DNA of 64,000 nt from Spirochaetia bacterium (GCA_963668315.1 OY764216.1:5088001-5152000); one strand, 5' to 3'. Shown: positions 49,775-60,886, counted from the first letter of the stretch. Made by a program: numbers and translations. The notes: generated by a model from the sequence alone, not told the origin.

Positions 49775-52330
49775 ATGAATGCAAAAAAATACCTTACGAT
49801 GTTTCTGCTTCCTTTATTGTTCTTATTTTCCTGCGACAATATGAGTCTGGAAGATCTCAAGGACAAGATCGAAGATACTGTCGAAGAAAGCCAGGAACCG
49901 GAAACAGCTGAAACATTGTATGGGGAGATTTCTCTGAGCTACCATGACGGAACGGAAGATGTTACGATTTATCAGGGCTCTTCGAAGAGTCCCTTTGCCA
50001 ATACGCCTCTTAACCAGACCGAACAGGTAATCTTTACCATAACCAATATCGGCAAGGGAATTCTTAATTTAGGCTCGGTACCGATTGAGCTCTCTGAGAA
50101 TGATGATGACTGCTATGAAATCAGCGCCGACCCGGTTACGACCATACTGGCAGAAGGAGAAAGTACCAATTTCACCCTCAGTTTTACGAACAAGAGCAAC
50201 GAAGGGCAGTCTGTCACGGTGACCCTTTACAGTAACGATCCCGACGAGGAGGCTCTCCAGTTTCAAATAAGCGATAATGCTCTCCCCGCTTTAAGCCTCT
50301 CCATAGAGGGGACAGCAATACAGAACGGCGCCTCCACAGAGGCCTTCGAAGGGCTGCTGAGTTCTAAGGAAAGAACCATAACCATAACTCTTCGAAACTC
50401 GGGCAGTGCCGATTTGAACTTCCCTACCGATCCAGTAACATTTACCGGTACTGACAGTGACCTCTTTGCGTTAAGCTCCGCCCCCCCTTCTCAAGTACTG
50501 GCCCCTGAAGAGGAAACCACCCTTGAGATTATGCTCTCCCCTATGGGAAAAACAGGAGATTTGACAGCAGAGGCGAACTTTTACACCGAGGGTGTTTCCC
50601 TACCGCTTTTTACCCTTTTGTGTCCCTGCTATTCCACGGAGTTTACTCTAAGCCCCTTTTCCGGCGAGATTACCGACACGGAGACCGTCCTGGATTGGAA
50701 CGATATCGAAAGAGCCGATCGCTACCAGTTGCAAATTGCCACTGATACCTCTTTCGTAAGCGGATATATCGTCCTTGACGACACCCTGGAACAATCAGAC
50801 ACAATCATACCCGAACTTCCTAATAACAGCTCATTATTCTGGCGCGTCCGCTGGAGCGGAAATGATTACGGCTGGAGCGACTGGACGACGGCCGCAGAAA
50901 TCACGACGAATTTCGATTATTACGTGACCTACCACAACACCGACGCTGCCAGCGGCACAGTCCCCGTGGACAGCTCGGCCTACAAAGCAGGAACTTCCGC
51001 AACAATTCTGGGGAATCCCGGAAATCTGACAAGAGAAGGATTCGCACTGCGGGGCTGGATGGATGCCGAAGGGCGCGAGTTTTCGGAAGGGACGGCCGTC
51101 ACCATTGATAGCCATTTGGATCTCTATCCCATATGGAAACAGCAAATTACCATCAGTTTCTATGGAAACGGAGCGACTTCGGGTGATACGGCGGATATTA
51201 CCGGATATGAAGGAGACAAGATCAGCCTGCCCGCTTGCGGTTATTCAAAGATAGATACGAATCCCTATTATACGACGGTTTATATTTGCATCGGATGGAC
51301 ATTGGACCTTTCCCAGGTGGCCTATCAGGAAGGAGAAGAGTTTGTTCTGGGATCTTCCGATATTGCACTGTTTCCCCTCTGGATGAGCCTGATTCAGGAA
51401 ACGAGTGACGGCCAGTACATGATAGCCGAAGATGAAAAAAACACCTTAAAGATCACTGCATACAACCCCTATCTCTCTAGTCCAGAAACATTGAATATTC
51501 CTTCCGAATTCAGCGGGCATCCCGTTACTTCCCTGGAAGGTGATTTTAGCTTATCCAACAGCACGACCACCATCATAATCCCGGATAGTGTAAAAAGAGT
51601 AGGAGAAATGAACCTACAGACATCGGAACTTATAACTATCGACTTTGGAGATACGGAAGATCTGGCTGATGAAGCTTTTAAAAACAGCACCCAGCTCGAA
51701 TACATAACGGGAAATATCGATCATATCGGAACATCCGCCTTTGAAGGATGTACGTCCCTTAACGGTTCCGGCGGAATCTATCTCAATGTGGAAACAGTGG
51801 GGGACCGTGCTTTTTACGGATGCACATCTCTGGAAGATATGGAATTAACCGGACATACCGATTCAATCGGCACACGGGCCTTTGAGGGATGCACTTCGCT
51901 GAGCGGGATTTTCTTCTGGAATGGCGTGGGAACCATCGGAGACTATGCATTTTTCAGTACAGAGAATCTGAGTTATGTCTGTTTTCACAACTCCATGGAT
52001 TATGATTTCAGTACCCACAATTTCTGGGGGACCTGGCCTGCGGAGAACTGCACGTCTATTGGAACAGGTGCCTTTGGGGATAACTTCTCCCTCGCGTACA
52101 TTACCCTACCCGAGTCCATAGAGTATATAGGGGATAGCGCCTTTGCAAACTATGACTTGAGAGCCAGATTCCTGGGTTCCACCCTGCCGGAAATTGAAGG
52201 TTCCCCTTTTACCTACCTCCCCGATTATCCCTATGAACAGCTACGGATAGAGGTTCCTTCGATGGAAAGCTATTTATATGCCGAAGATAGCGACTGGATG
52301 CAGTATAGCCGATTTATCTATACCTACTGA
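49775..52330 (+). CDS. Surface lipoprotein with Ig-like domains, InlB B-repeat-like units and BspA-type leucine-rich repeats
   Basis: LFS-C lipobox; FTITNIG / LRNSGSADL Ig-like domains; GF.L.GW...LYPIW repeats; IG..AF.GCTSL LRRs. Confidence 0.82.
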   Translation: MNAKKYLTMFLLPLLFLFSCDNMSLEDLKDKIEDTVEESQEPETAETLYGEISLSYHDGTEDVTIYQGSSKSPFANTPLNQTEQVIFTITNIGKGILNLGSVPIELSENDDDCYEISADPVTTILAEGESTNFTLSFTNKSNEGQSVTVTLYSNDPDEEALQFQISDNALPALSLSIEGTAIQNGASTEAFEGLLSSKERTITITLRNSGSADLNFPTDPVTFTGTDSDLFALSSAPPSQVLAPEEETTLEIMLSPMGKTGDLTAEANFYTEGVSLPLFTLLCPCYSTEFTLSPFSGEITDTETVLDWNDIERADRYQLQIATDTSFVSGYIVLDDTLEQSDTIIPELPNNSSLFWRVRWSGNDYGWSDWTTAAEITTNFDYYVTYHNTDAASGTVPVDSSAYKAGTSATILGNPGNLTREGFALRGWMDAEGREFSEGTAVTIDSHLDLYPIWKQQITISFYGNGATSGDTADITGYEGDKISLPACGYSKIDTNPYYTTVYICIGWTLDLSQVAYQEGEEFVLGSSDIALFPLWMSLIQETSDGQYMIAEDEKNTLKITAYNPYLSSPETLNIPSEFSGHPVTSLEGDFSLSNSTTTIIIPDSVKRVGEMNLQTSELITIDFGDTEDLADEAFKNSTQLEYITGNIDHIGTSAFEGCTSLNGSGGIYLNVETVGDRAFYGCTSLEDMELTGHTDSIGTRAFEGCTSLSGIFFWNGVGTIGDYAFFSTENLSYVCFHNSMDYDFSTHNFWGTWPAENCTSIGTGAFGDNFSLAYITLPESIEYIGDSAFANYDLRARFLGSTLPEIEGSPFTYLPDYPYEQLRIEVPSMESYLYAEDSDWMQYSRFIYTY

Positions 52331-52424
52331 AAAAAATCCATTTGCATTCCCCCCTCCCCTCTCTTACAGTTATAGAAGGGAGAGGAAAGGGAGAATCGGC
52401 CTGACAGCCGAGATTCAAGAAAGG

Positions 52425-53507
52425 ATGACAAAAAAAGAAGGTAAAAAAACAGACCGGGATTCTCCGGGGAAAGATATACGCCATACTCTGTTCCGTATGT
52501 CCCTGCTGGGGATTTGTCTCCTGAGCCTTGTGATTCTGGTCTCCTACATCATCACCCTGCGGCCTCTGATCAATACTCTCACCATGATTACGATCATATT
52601 CATCTGTCTCTTTTTTTACCGTTTCTCCCGAAACCAGAACAGGTACGGATTTGCCCGTATAGGGCTTTTCGTTCTGTTTACCTTCCTCTATGTTCCTTTC
52701 GGCTTTTTTACTTCCCCCGGCTCAATCAGCTCCATGCCCTATTACATACTGTTCATCATTTTCATGGAGACCCTTCTGGCGGTGAACCGTTGGGAATACG
52801 CGTTCCCCCTTTCGGTCATGGGCCTTCATATTTTACTGCTCCATATGGAACTGCGTATGCCCGACCGGTTTATTCCCTTTGATTCGGAAAGCCACCGCAT
52901 TCTGGATCTTTCCATAAATTATACGATTGTGGCGATTTTCATGATGGGAATAACCGTCTTTGTCATGGACAGATATAACCGCCACAGCAAGATGCTCCGC
53001 AGCCTGAGCATAACGGACAAGCTCACCGGACTTTACAACCGGCTCTATCTTGAAGAGGAGGGAGTCAAGGAGCTGCACCGCTGCGAGCGTACCGGGGAAA
53101 ACCTCTCTCTTATGTTTCTGGATTTGAATAACTTTAAAAGGATCAACGATCATCTGGGCCATCAGGAGGGCGACCGGGTTCTTCAGGAAGTTTCCCGGAT
53201 TATTAAAGAGAATACCCGGGACTACGACCTTGCCGCCCGTATCGGCGGGGATGAGTTCGTCATACTTCTCCCCTCCACCACGGGAGAGATGGCGGACAAG
53301 CAGATCCGGAGGCTGGATGATGCTTTCCGAGATTATTCCCGCCGCTATGAGGATATGGAGTTCTCCGTCAGTTTCGGTATAGCCGAAAGCCGGGACAGCA
53401 TGACCTTTTATGAACTCATGAACCTGGCGGACAAACGTCTCTACCGGCATAAGGCCAGGGTGAAGAAAGAAGGGGAAGGGACGCTTTTCGGAACGGGAGA
53501 GGAGTAA
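52425..53507 (+). CDS. Membrane-bound diguanylate cyclase
   Basis: Multiple TM segments, DLNNFKRIND..GH..GD, RxxD I-site (RDYD) and GGDEF; start MTKKEG. Confidence 0.92.
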   Translation: MTKKEGKKTDRDSPGKDIRHTLFRMSLLGICLLSLVILVSYIITLRPLINTLTMITIIFICLFFYRFSRNQNRYGFARIGLFVLFTFLYVPFGFFTSPGSISSMPYYILFIIFMETLLAVNRWEYAFPLSVMGLHILLLHMELRMPDRFIPFDSESHRILDLSINYTIVAIFMMGITVFVMDRYNRHSKMLRSLSITDKLTGLYNRLYLEEEGVKELHRCERTGENLSLMFLDLNNFKRINDHLGHQEGDRVLQEVSRIIKENTRDYDLAARIGGDEFVILLPSTTGEMADKQIRRLDDAFRDYSRRYEDMEFSVSFGIAESRDSMTFYELMNLADKRLYRHKARVKKEGEGTLFGTGEE

Positions 53508-53582
53508 GGGATATACACAACCGGGGATTAGGAGTAGTATTAAATAAAGGGTTTTTACCTTTTTTACCTTTCAGTATTTTAT

Positions 53583-53625
53583 TACATTTTTGTACTTCGC
53601 CTTGCTTTATTTCTACAATAGCGTA
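53583..53625 (+). promoter_or_regulatory. Putative upstream activator sequence pair for glutamine synthetase
   Basis: TACAttttTGTA (53583) and TACAatagCGTA (53614), 31 bp apart. Confidence 0.6.
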
Positions 53626-53755
53626 GGTTTTTTTCAGATAAGCCGGAGAGGGGGAAGGGGGAAATGAGCCCTGCCGGCCCGGTGAAGGGGACGAAACCGG
53701 ACCAGACGGCAGGAAGAGCGAATTGGAACCGGGGGGGAGGCTTCCCCCGCTTTAT

Positions 53756-53772
53756 TTGGCACATTTTTTGCA
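53756..53772 (+). promoter_or_regulatory. Sigma54 -24/-12 promoter of glutamine synthetase
   Basis: TTGGCAC-atttt-TTGCA. Confidence 0.85.
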
Positions 53773-53834
53773 TCTTTTTTTCCATGTCCCTCCGGGGATC
53801 TAATGGAAAATAATACAATATTAGGAGAACGTAT

Positions 53835-55952
53835 ATGTCGATTGATTTCGCTGTCACTCCCGTTGAAGAGATCTACGGAGAGAATTGTTTTAATGACGCC
53901 ACGATGAAGGCCAGACTTCCCAAGAATATTTACAAGGGACTCAAGACCGTTCAGGCAGGTGAGGCCGAACTGACTCTGGAAATTGCCGAAGTCGTAGCCA
54001 GCGCCATGAAAGACTGGGCCATTGAAAAGGGTGCCACCCACTATACCCACTGGTTCCACCCCCTTACCGGTCTGACCGCCGAAAAACACGATTCCTTCAT
54101 CGCTCCCTCCGCCGACGGCACGGTTATCATGGAATTCAGCGGCAAGGAACTGACCCAGGGCGAGCCCGATGCGTCCTCCTTCCCCAACGGCGGCCTGAGA
54201 GCCACCTTCGAAGCCAGAGGTTATACGGCGTGGGACGTTAACAGCCCCGCTTTCCTGAAACAGGATGCCTCCGGTCTGACTCTGTGTATCCCCACCGGTT
54301 TCGTTTCCTACACCGGCGAAGCTCTTGATAAAAAGGTTCCCCTCCTGAGATCCATGGACGCCCTCAACAAGCAGGCCATGAGAATCCTCAAGGTTCTGGG
54401 CAACACCACCAGTTCCAAGGTAACTTCCTCCGTAGGTCCCGAGCAGGAGTACTTCCTGGTAGACAAGGATCTGTACGAGCAGAGATCGGACCTCAAGCTC
54501 ACCGGACGCTGTCTCTTCGGAACCATGTCCGCCAAGGGCCAGGAAATGGATGACCACTACTTCGGCGCCATCAAGGAAAGAGTAGCCGATTACATGAGAG
54601 AGCTGAACTACGAACTGTGGAGACTGGGCATTTCCGCCAAGACTCAGCACAACGAAGTAGCTCCCAACCAGTTCGAGCTGGCTCCTATTTACTCCAGCTC
54701 CAACGTGGCTTCCGACTCCAACCAGCTGGTTATGGAGATGATGAAGAAAGTGGCCGACAGACACGACCTGGTCTGCCTGCTCCACGAAAAACCCTTTGCC
54801 GGCGTTAACGGCAACGGTAAGCACAACAACTGGTCCATGGCCACCGATGACGGCATCAACCTGCTGAATCCCGGTGATACCCCCCAGGACAACGCCCAGT
54901 TCATGGTATTCCTGAGCGCCATCATCAAGGCTGTAGACGTTTACGCCCCCATCCTCAAGATGTCCGCTTCCAGCGCTTCCAACGACCACCGCCTGGGTGC
55001 CAATGAAGCTCCCCCGGCCATCATCTCCATCTTCCTCGGCAGCCAGCTGAAGGAGATCATGGACTGCATCGCCGCCGGTAAGCCCGTTCCCGCCCTCGAC
55101 GGCGCCAAGATCGAGCTCGGCGCTTCCCACCTGCCCAAGCTGCCCAAGGACAACACGGACAGAAACAGAACGTCTCCCTTTGCCTTTACCGGTAACCGGT
55201 TCGAGTTCAGAATGGTAGGTTCCAGCCAGTCCCTGGCCGGTCCCAACGTGGTAATCAACACTTCCGTTGCCGAAGTTCTCTGCGAGTTCGCCGACAGACT
55301 GGAAAAGGCTTCCGATGTGAACGCCGAAATCCAGAAGATTGTCAAGGAAACCTATAAGGCCCATGACAGAATCGTCTTCAACGGCAACGGCTACTCCGAA
55401 GACTGGGTTGTCGAAGCTGAGAAGAGAGGCCTTCCCAACCTGAAGAACACCGTTGAGTCCGTTCCCCAGATCATCAGCGATCTGAGCATCAACCTTTTCG
55501 AGAAGCACAAGGTATTCACCAAGGCAGAGCTCGAATCCCGCTACGAAGTCTACCTGGAAGACTACTGCATGAGACTGAACATCGAAGCAGGCGTCGCCAC
55601 CGAGATGGCCGAAAGACTGATCTACCCCGCCGTTAGCTCCTACACCAGCGAGCTGGCCACCAGCGTGGCAGACCAGAAGGCTCTTGGACTTAAGGTTCCC
55701 GCACAGGAAGCCCAGGTCAAGGCTCTGAGCGAAGGTATGGAGTGCCTCCTGGGCGCCGTAGCCGAGCTTAAGGCAGCCAACGCCGCCGCTCTGGCCGTTG
55801 AAGGCGACAGCCTGAAAGCCGCTACCAGCTTCCTCGAAGGGGTTATCCCCGCCATGAACAAGGTTCGCGAGTGCGCCGACGGTCTGGAAAAGATCACCGA
55901 CAAGATGAGCTGGCCCTTCCCCTCTTACGAGGATCTGCTCTTCACCATGTAG
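53835..55952 (+). CDS. glnN: Glutamine synthetase type III
   Basis: GATHYTHWF.PLTG.TAEKHD, EPDASSFP, HNEVAP.Q.E and DRNRTSPFAFTGN.FEFR motifs; 705 aa. Confidence 0.96.
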   Translation: MSIDFAVTPVEEIYGENCFNDATMKARLPKNIYKGLKTVQAGEAELTLEIAEVVASAMKDWAIEKGATHYTHWFHPLTGLTAEKHDSFIAPSADGTVIMEFSGKELTQGEPDASSFPNGGLRATFEARGYTAWDVNSPAFLKQDASGLTLCIPTGFVSYTGEALDKKVPLLRSMDALNKQAMRILKVLGNTTSSKVTSSVGPEQEYFLVDKDLYEQRSDLKLTGRCLFGTMSAKGQEMDDHYFGAIKERVADYMRELNYELWRLGISAKTQHNEVAPNQFELAPIYSSSNVASDSNQLVMEMMKKVADRHDLVCLLHEKPFAGVNGNGKHNNWSMATDDGINLLNPGDTPQDNAQFMVFLSAIIKAVDVYAPILKMSASSASNDHRLGANEAPPAIISIFLGSQLKEIMDCIAAGKPVPALDGAKIELGASHLPKLPKDNTDRNRTSPFAFTGNRFEFRMVGSSQSLAGPNVVINTSVAEVLCEFADRLEKASDVNAEIQKIVKETYKAHDRIVFNGNGYSEDWVVEAEKRGLPNLKNTVESVPQIISDLSINLFEKHKVFTKAELESRYEVYLEDYCMRLNIEAGVATEMAERLIYPAVSSYTSELATSVADQKALGLKVPAQEAQVKALSEGMECLLGAVAELKAANAAALAVEGDSLKAATSFLEGVIPAMNKVRECADGLEKITDKMSWPFPSYEDLLFTM

Positions 55953-56076
55953 TTTTAAAACGGCATCTCGTATCGGATGCGTCGTTGGGGGAAGAACCTG
56001 AGTCCTCATGTACTATTGTACACTCCGGGCTCAGAACCTTTCCCCGCCTAGCCTGCGACACGATCTGCTCGTTTAC

Positions 56077-56110
56077 AAAGCCGCGTCCCTTCGGGTTCGC
56101 GGTTTTTTTT
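56077..56110 (+). terminator. Rho-independent terminator
   Basis: gccgcg...cgcggt stem with a TTCG loop, followed by T8. Confidence 0.75.
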
Positions 56111-56150
56111 ATCTGCGCCCATCTGTTTTCATCGGCGCTATCCGCGTACT

Positions 56151-58238
56151 TTAGACGATGAATTTGCCGATCTGTTCGTCCATGGCCTTGATATTGTCGT
56201 TGGTTGAGCCCGCAAGGGAGGAAACGCTGGCCGCCGCCTGGTTTATCTGCTCGGCTCCGGCGGCCATCTCGTCCATGCTTCCCTGAATAACCAGGGAGGA
56301 TTCGGTAAGGTTGTCCATGGCCTGGGCGGCTTTCTCCGTCACCGACCTCATGCCGGTGGCTTTATCGTTAACCTGATGTCCTATACTGTTCATCCTCTCC
56401 AGGGCGCTGAGAACCTGCCGGGAGCCTTCGCTCTGCTCCTGCATGGCCTGATCCACCTGCCGGACGATTCCCTCCATCTCCTCTATTCCGGTGGAGACCC
56501 GGACAAAGGCGGCCTGGGAGGTTCTTGAAACATCCACCACTTCCTGAATCGTCTCTTTGATTCGGGCCAGTTCGCTGCCGATCTTATGGGACTGTTCCGA
56601 TGCATTCTCGGCCAGTTTGCGTATCTCATCGGCAACAACGGAGAATCCCCTTCCCGCCTCTCCCGCATGGGCCGCTTCGATCGCGGCGTTCATGGCCAGC
56701 AGGTTCGTCTGGGAGGCGATTCCCGATATCACTTCGTTGGCTTCCAGAAGAAGTTCCGACTGGGAAGCGATTTCCTGGATCCGATGATCCATCACAGCCT
56801 GTTTTTCCCGGCTCTCCACCATGGAACCGCTCAATTCACGGGAACTGGCGGCCATTCGGGAGACGGAGTGACCCACTTCCTGAATATTGGCTATCATCTC
56901 CTCTATGACGGAGGAAGCCTCGCTGCTGCTGTCGACCTGTTCGTCTATAAGGCGGCTGAGGCCGTTTATTTCACCGGTAACGGTCAGGGTGGAACGGGCC
57001 GCTTCTCCTGTGCTTTTCGCCAGGTTTTCGGCCTGATGCTTGACTCCCTCTATATTGGACATGATCTGATTCACCGCGCTGGCCGTTTCCTGCGCCGTGG
57101 CGGAAAGTTCGTTGCCCATATCCTCCAGCGATGTCTGGGAACCGCGCAAAGCGGTAATGATGGAGGCGAGTTTGATAAGGAACTGGTTGAACGCCTGGGA
57201 AAGCTGTTCCATCTCGTCCTTCCGGTTCAGTTCGAGCCGTTTGGTCAGGTCCGCCTCTCCCAGGGCGATATCCTCCATGGCGCTGTTTAGCTGTATGATC
57301 GGTTTCGTCAGGGCGTTTCCGAGGATGAAGGCCAAAAGAAGGCCGAAGATCTCAACGATGACCGTTATGAGGGTAAAGCTCGCCCCGAGCTCATTCACCG
57401 AAGCGAAGACGTCCGCCCTGTCTGCTGTGATGGCGGCGCTCCAGGTCGTTCCCTTGATAGGAGCAAAGGCTACGATTTTGTAAATCCTATTATACACATA
57501 GTCACCGGTACCCTTCTCGCCCCTGATCATCCGTGCTCCAATCTCGCCCAGAGCCGCCAAATCGGGGCTTTCCTTGCCCATGTCAATGACGTTGAGTTTG
57601 TCCACGACATTCTGGTAGGTTGTATGGGCAATGACCGTTCCCTCCCGGTTCAGAACATACTTCGCTTCGGCCTTACCGTAGCTCAATGTATCGAGGGTTT
57701 CTCCGAGAAATCCGGCGTTTTTCTGACCGACAAGAGCCCCGCTCAGACGGCCGTCCTGAAAAACCGGAACAGCCACCAGTATCGTAAAGAGATTCTCCTC
57801 TCCCTCCACATTGCTGAAAACAGGATCGGAAATCACCGGTTTTTCCGTGCGGAAAAGCTCCTGCAGATACTCTCTTTCCGAAAGATCGGCGGTTCTTCCC
57901 CCCGCCAGGTGCAGAATTCCCTGTCTGTCCACCGGGCTGATGGAGTTAAAACCCGATCTCTGCGCTTCCCTTTCCAGGATTTCGTAATATCCGGAGCCTT
58001 CATAATCAATGGTCAGATATTCCGCAATGGAGGCCATCAGGGACAACTCCTTGTCCACCCAGGCAGAATAGCTGTGGGCCAGTTGATCGGCATAGGCCGT
58101 TAAGGTCTCCCTTGTCCCCTCTTCAATTTTTCCACCGGCCTGCATCCGTCCGACAATGCTTATGATAGAACTCGTTACCAGTACAGTCAGAGCAATAACA
58201 AGCATCTGTTTAAATTTTAAAGATTGTATCTTCCTCAT
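56151..58238 (-). CDS. Methyl-accepting chemotaxis protein (dCache-HAMP-MA)
   Basis: Two TM segments, Cache and HAMP regions, and the [35 protein letters not shown] signature. Confidence 0.96.
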   Translation of the reverse strand: MRKIQSLKFKQMLVIALTVLVTSSIISIVGRMQAGGKIEEGTRETLTAYADQLAHSYSAWVDKELSLMASIAEYLTIDYEGSGYYEILEREAQRSGFNSISPVDRQGILHLAGGRTADLSEREYLQELFRTEKPVISDPVFSNVEGEENLFTILVAVPVFQDGRLSGALVGQKNAGFLGETLDTLSYGKAEAKYVLNREGTVIAHTTYQNVVDKLNVIDMGKESPDLAALGEIGARMIRGEKGTGDYVYNRIYKIVAFAPIKGTTWSAAITADRADVFASVNELGASFTLITVIVEIFGLLLAFILGNALTKPIIQLNSAMEDIALGEADLTKRLELNRKDEMEQLSQAFNQFLIKLASIITALRGSQTSLEDMGNELSATAQETASAVNQIMSNIEGVKHQAENLAKSTGEAARSTLTVTGEINGLSRLIDEQVDSSSEASSVIEEMIANIQEVGHSVSRMAASSRELSGSMVESREKQAVMDHRIQEIASQSELLLEANEVISGIASQTNLLAMNAAIEAAHAGEAGRGFSVVADEIRKLAENASEQSHKIGSELARIKETIQEVVDVSRTSQAAFVRVSTGIEEMEGIVRQVDQAMQEQSEGSRQVLSALERMNSIGHQVNDKATGMRSVTEKAAQAMDNLTESSLVIQGSMDEMAAGAEQINQAAASVSSLAGSTNDNIKAMDEQIGKFIV

Positions 58239-58391
58239 TTCGTTTTCAGACTCCTTGGTGATAGCTGCTCACTTTAAGTCTACGTTCCCGAAATTATATT
58301 GCAAGATTTATCCCTCTTTTCTTGACTTTTCCCGGAATAATTGGCATGTTTTATATACTAGTATTTTAGTAGTATTTAAAGGACAGGCGAT

Positions 58392-58694
58392 ATGATAGAG
58401 GAAAAACAGGTTATCGAAGCTCTGCGCCAGGTACTGGACCCGGAATTGATGATCAATATTATCGATCTGGGACTGGTCTATGACATACGGATTGGAAAAG
58501 ATATCATTGAAGTGGACTATACCCTGACCTATCCGGGCTGTCCCCTGGCGCCGGAGATAGAGAGAAATATAATAAAAACCCTCAAAGGGGAATTCGGGGT
58601 GGAGAAGATAAGAACTTTTACCGTGTGGTCCCCTCCCTGGAATCCGGTGAGGATGACGGAGGAAGCCCGCTTTGCCATGGGTTATCCGGTCTGA
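58392..58694 (+). CDS. sufT: DUF59 / SufT Fe-S assembly protein
   Basis: DPEL..NIIDLGLVY, TLTYPGCP and PPW motifs. Confidence 0.88.
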   Translation: MIEEKQVIEALRQVLDPELMINIIDLGLVYDIRIGKDIIEVDYTLTYPGCPLAPEIERNIIKTLKGEFGVEKIRTFTVWSPPWNPVRMTEEARFAMGYPV

Positions 58695-58725
58695 TATTTT
58701 TTATATTTATTATTAGGAGTTACTA

Positions 58726-59508
58726 ATGTTTTTAGAAATACATAATTTAAAGGCTTCCGTAGAGGGAAAGCCCATTCTGAAAGGGGTTAATCTTACCATC
58801 TCCCCGGGGGAAGTTCATGCCGTAATGGGTCCGAACGGTTCGGGAAAATCCACCCTGGCCAATGTACTGATGGGAAATCCGGAATATGAAGTTACAGGAG
58901 GTTCGGTAAAATGGGGCTCCGAGGATCTTCTCTCTCTCAAGCCCCATGAAAGGGCCCTGGCCGGTCTGTTCCTCTCCTACCAGTATCCCGTGGAGATCCC
59001 CGGGCTCACGGTGGGAAAGTTTCTCAAGAGGGCGGCGGAAATCCGCTTGAAGGAAAAGGATTCGCTGAATGTCAGCCATTATCTCAAGGAGATACGGGAA
59101 AATATGGATTTTCTGGAGATGGACAGGCAGTTTATCAACCGCTATCTGAACGAGGGGTTCTCGGGGGGCGAAAAAAAGAGAATGGAGATACTCCAGATGC
59201 TTCTTCTGAAGCCGGAGCTGGCCATCCTGGATGAAACCGACTCGGGATTGGATATAGATGCCCTCAGGGTCGTGGCCAAAGGGGTGAACCACCTGAAGAG
59301 TCCCGAACGGAGCAGTATCATCATCACCCACTACCAGAGAATACTGGATTACGTCAAACCCGACCGGGTCCATGTACTTTACGACGGCCGGATCGTCGAA
59401 TCGGGCGGCCCGGAACTGGTCAGTGAACTGGAGAAGAAGGGCTATCAGTGGATCAAGGATCAGAACCCCAAGGAGGCGAACCGTGAGCAGTCTGTCACCG
59501 CCAATTAA
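58726..59508 (+). CDS. sufC: Fe-S cluster assembly ATPase
   Basis: [19 protein letters not shown] and [12 protein letters not shown] motifs. Confidence 0.96.
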   Translation: MFLEIHNLKASVEGKPILKGVNLTISPGEVHAVMGPNGSGKSTLANVLMGNPEYEVTGGSVKWGSEDLLSLKPHERALAGLFLSYQYPVEIPGLTVGKFLKRAAEIRLKEKDSLNVSHYLKEIRENMDFLEMDRQFINRYLNEGFSGGEKKRMEILQMLLLKPELAILDETDSGLDIDALRVVAKGVNHLKSPERSSIIITHYQRILDYVKPDRVHVLYDGRIVESGGPELVSELEKKGYQWIKDQNPKEANREQSVTAN

Positions 59509-60886
59509 AAAAGAAGAGTACCGCCACGGGTACCATTTTCCCGACAACTCCCTTTTCAAAACGAGAAAGGGGCTTGACGAGGAGATAATCAGAGCTATCT
59601 CATCCCAGAAGGGCGAACCGGAATGGATGCTGGATTTCAGGCTGAAAGCTTTCTCCGTCTTCAAGAAGAAGGCCATGCCCAACTGGGGCGCCGATCTGAG
59701 CCGTATCAATTTTGATGAAATTTACTACTACGCCAAACCCACGGAAGAGCAGAAACGCACCTGGGAGGAAGTCCCGGATGATATCAAGGAGACTTTCGAC
59801 CGGATAGGCATACCCGAGGCGGAGAAGAAGTTCCTGGCCGGAGTGGGGGCCCAGTACGACTCGGAAGTCGTCTATCACAACCTTAAGGAAGAATTGGAAA
59901 AGCAGGGCGTGGTGTTCTGCTCCCCCGAAGAAGCTGTCAGGGATTACCCCGATCTGGTGAAGAAATACTTCGGGACGGTGATTCCCTACCGGGACAACAA
60001 GTTCGCCGCCCTGAACTCGGCGGTCTGGTCGGGGGGCAGTTTCGTCTATGTTCCTCCCGGAGTGCATGTGGATATTCCCCTGCAGGCGTACTTTCGGATC
60101 AACTCGGAAAATTTCGGTCAGTTTGAAAGGACTCTGATCATCGCGGACAAGGACAGTTTCGTTCACTATGTGGAGGGCTGTACCGCCCCGGTTTACACTA
60201 CCGACTCCCTTCACTCGGCGGTGGTGGAGATAATCGCCCTGGAAAATGCCCGGGTCAGGTACTCCACCATACAGAACTGGTCCGGCGACGTCTACAATCT
60301 GGTGACCAAGAGAGGAATAGCCTACCGGAATGCCACGATTGAGTGGGTGGACGGGAACCTGGGCTCCAAAAGGACCATGAAATATCCCTCCGTCTTTCTG
60401 AAAGAGGAGGGAGCCCACGGAGAAATTCTTTCCATAGCCTTCGCCGGAGAGGGGCAGGAGCAGGACACGGGGGGAAAGGTCTTTCATTTGGCCGATAACA
60501 CCAGCTCTGTCATTACCAGCAAATCGATAAGCAAAGACGGGGGAATCAGCAGTTACCGGGGAATGATCAAAGTTCATCCGGGGAGAAAAAATATCCGCTC
60601 CCGTGTGGTCTGCGACGCCCTTCTTCTGGATGAAAAATCGACGAGCAACACTTACCCCTATATGGAAATAGCCAGCGAGGACGTCACCATGGAGCATGAA
60701 GCCTCCGTTTCCAAGATAAGCGATGACCAGCTCTTTTATCTGCAGAGCCGGGGTTTCAGCGAAGAAGAGGCGGCGGCCATGATCGTTAACGGCTTTCTTG
60801 ACCCCCTTGTCAAGGAACTGCCCATGGAGTACGCCGTGGAATTGAACCGTCTGATAGAACTTCAGATGGAAGGGAGTGTGGGATGA
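59483..60886 (+). CDS. sufB: Fe-S cluster assembly protein SufB
   Basis: [16 protein letters not shown] and ELPMEYAVE motifs; GTG start at 59483 after AGGAGG. Confidence 0.96.
   Translation: MSSLSPPIKKEEYRHGYHFPDNSLFKTRKGLDEEIIRAISSQKGEPEWMLDFRLKAFSVFKKKAMPNWGADLSRINFDEIYYYAKPTEEQKRTWEEVPDDIKETFDRIGIPEAEKKFLAGVGAQYDSEVVYHNLKEELEKQGVVFCSPEEAVRDYPDLVKKYFGTVIPYRDNKFAALNSAVWSGGSFVYVPPGVHVDIPLQAYFRINSENFGQFERTLIIADKDSFVHYVEGCTAPVYTTDSLHSAVVEIIALENARVRYSTIQNWSGDVYNLVTKRGIAYRNATIEWVDGNLGSKRTMKYPSVFLKEEGAHGEILSIAFAGEGQEQDTGGKVFHLADNTSSVITSKSISKDGGISSYRGMIKVHPGRKNIRSRVVCDALLLDEKSTSNTYPYMEIASEDVTMEHEASVSKISDDQLFYLQSRGFSEEEAAAMIVNGFLDPLVKELPMEYAVELNRLIELQMEGSVG

Noticed and set aside
53634..56009. 791-aa antisense ORF
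   Set aside because: It is the mirror of the strongly codon-biased GSIII gene and has no protein-like motifs.
58341..58357. Sigma54 promoter for suf (TTGGCATG)
   Set aside because: The -12 GC is absent at the required spacing.
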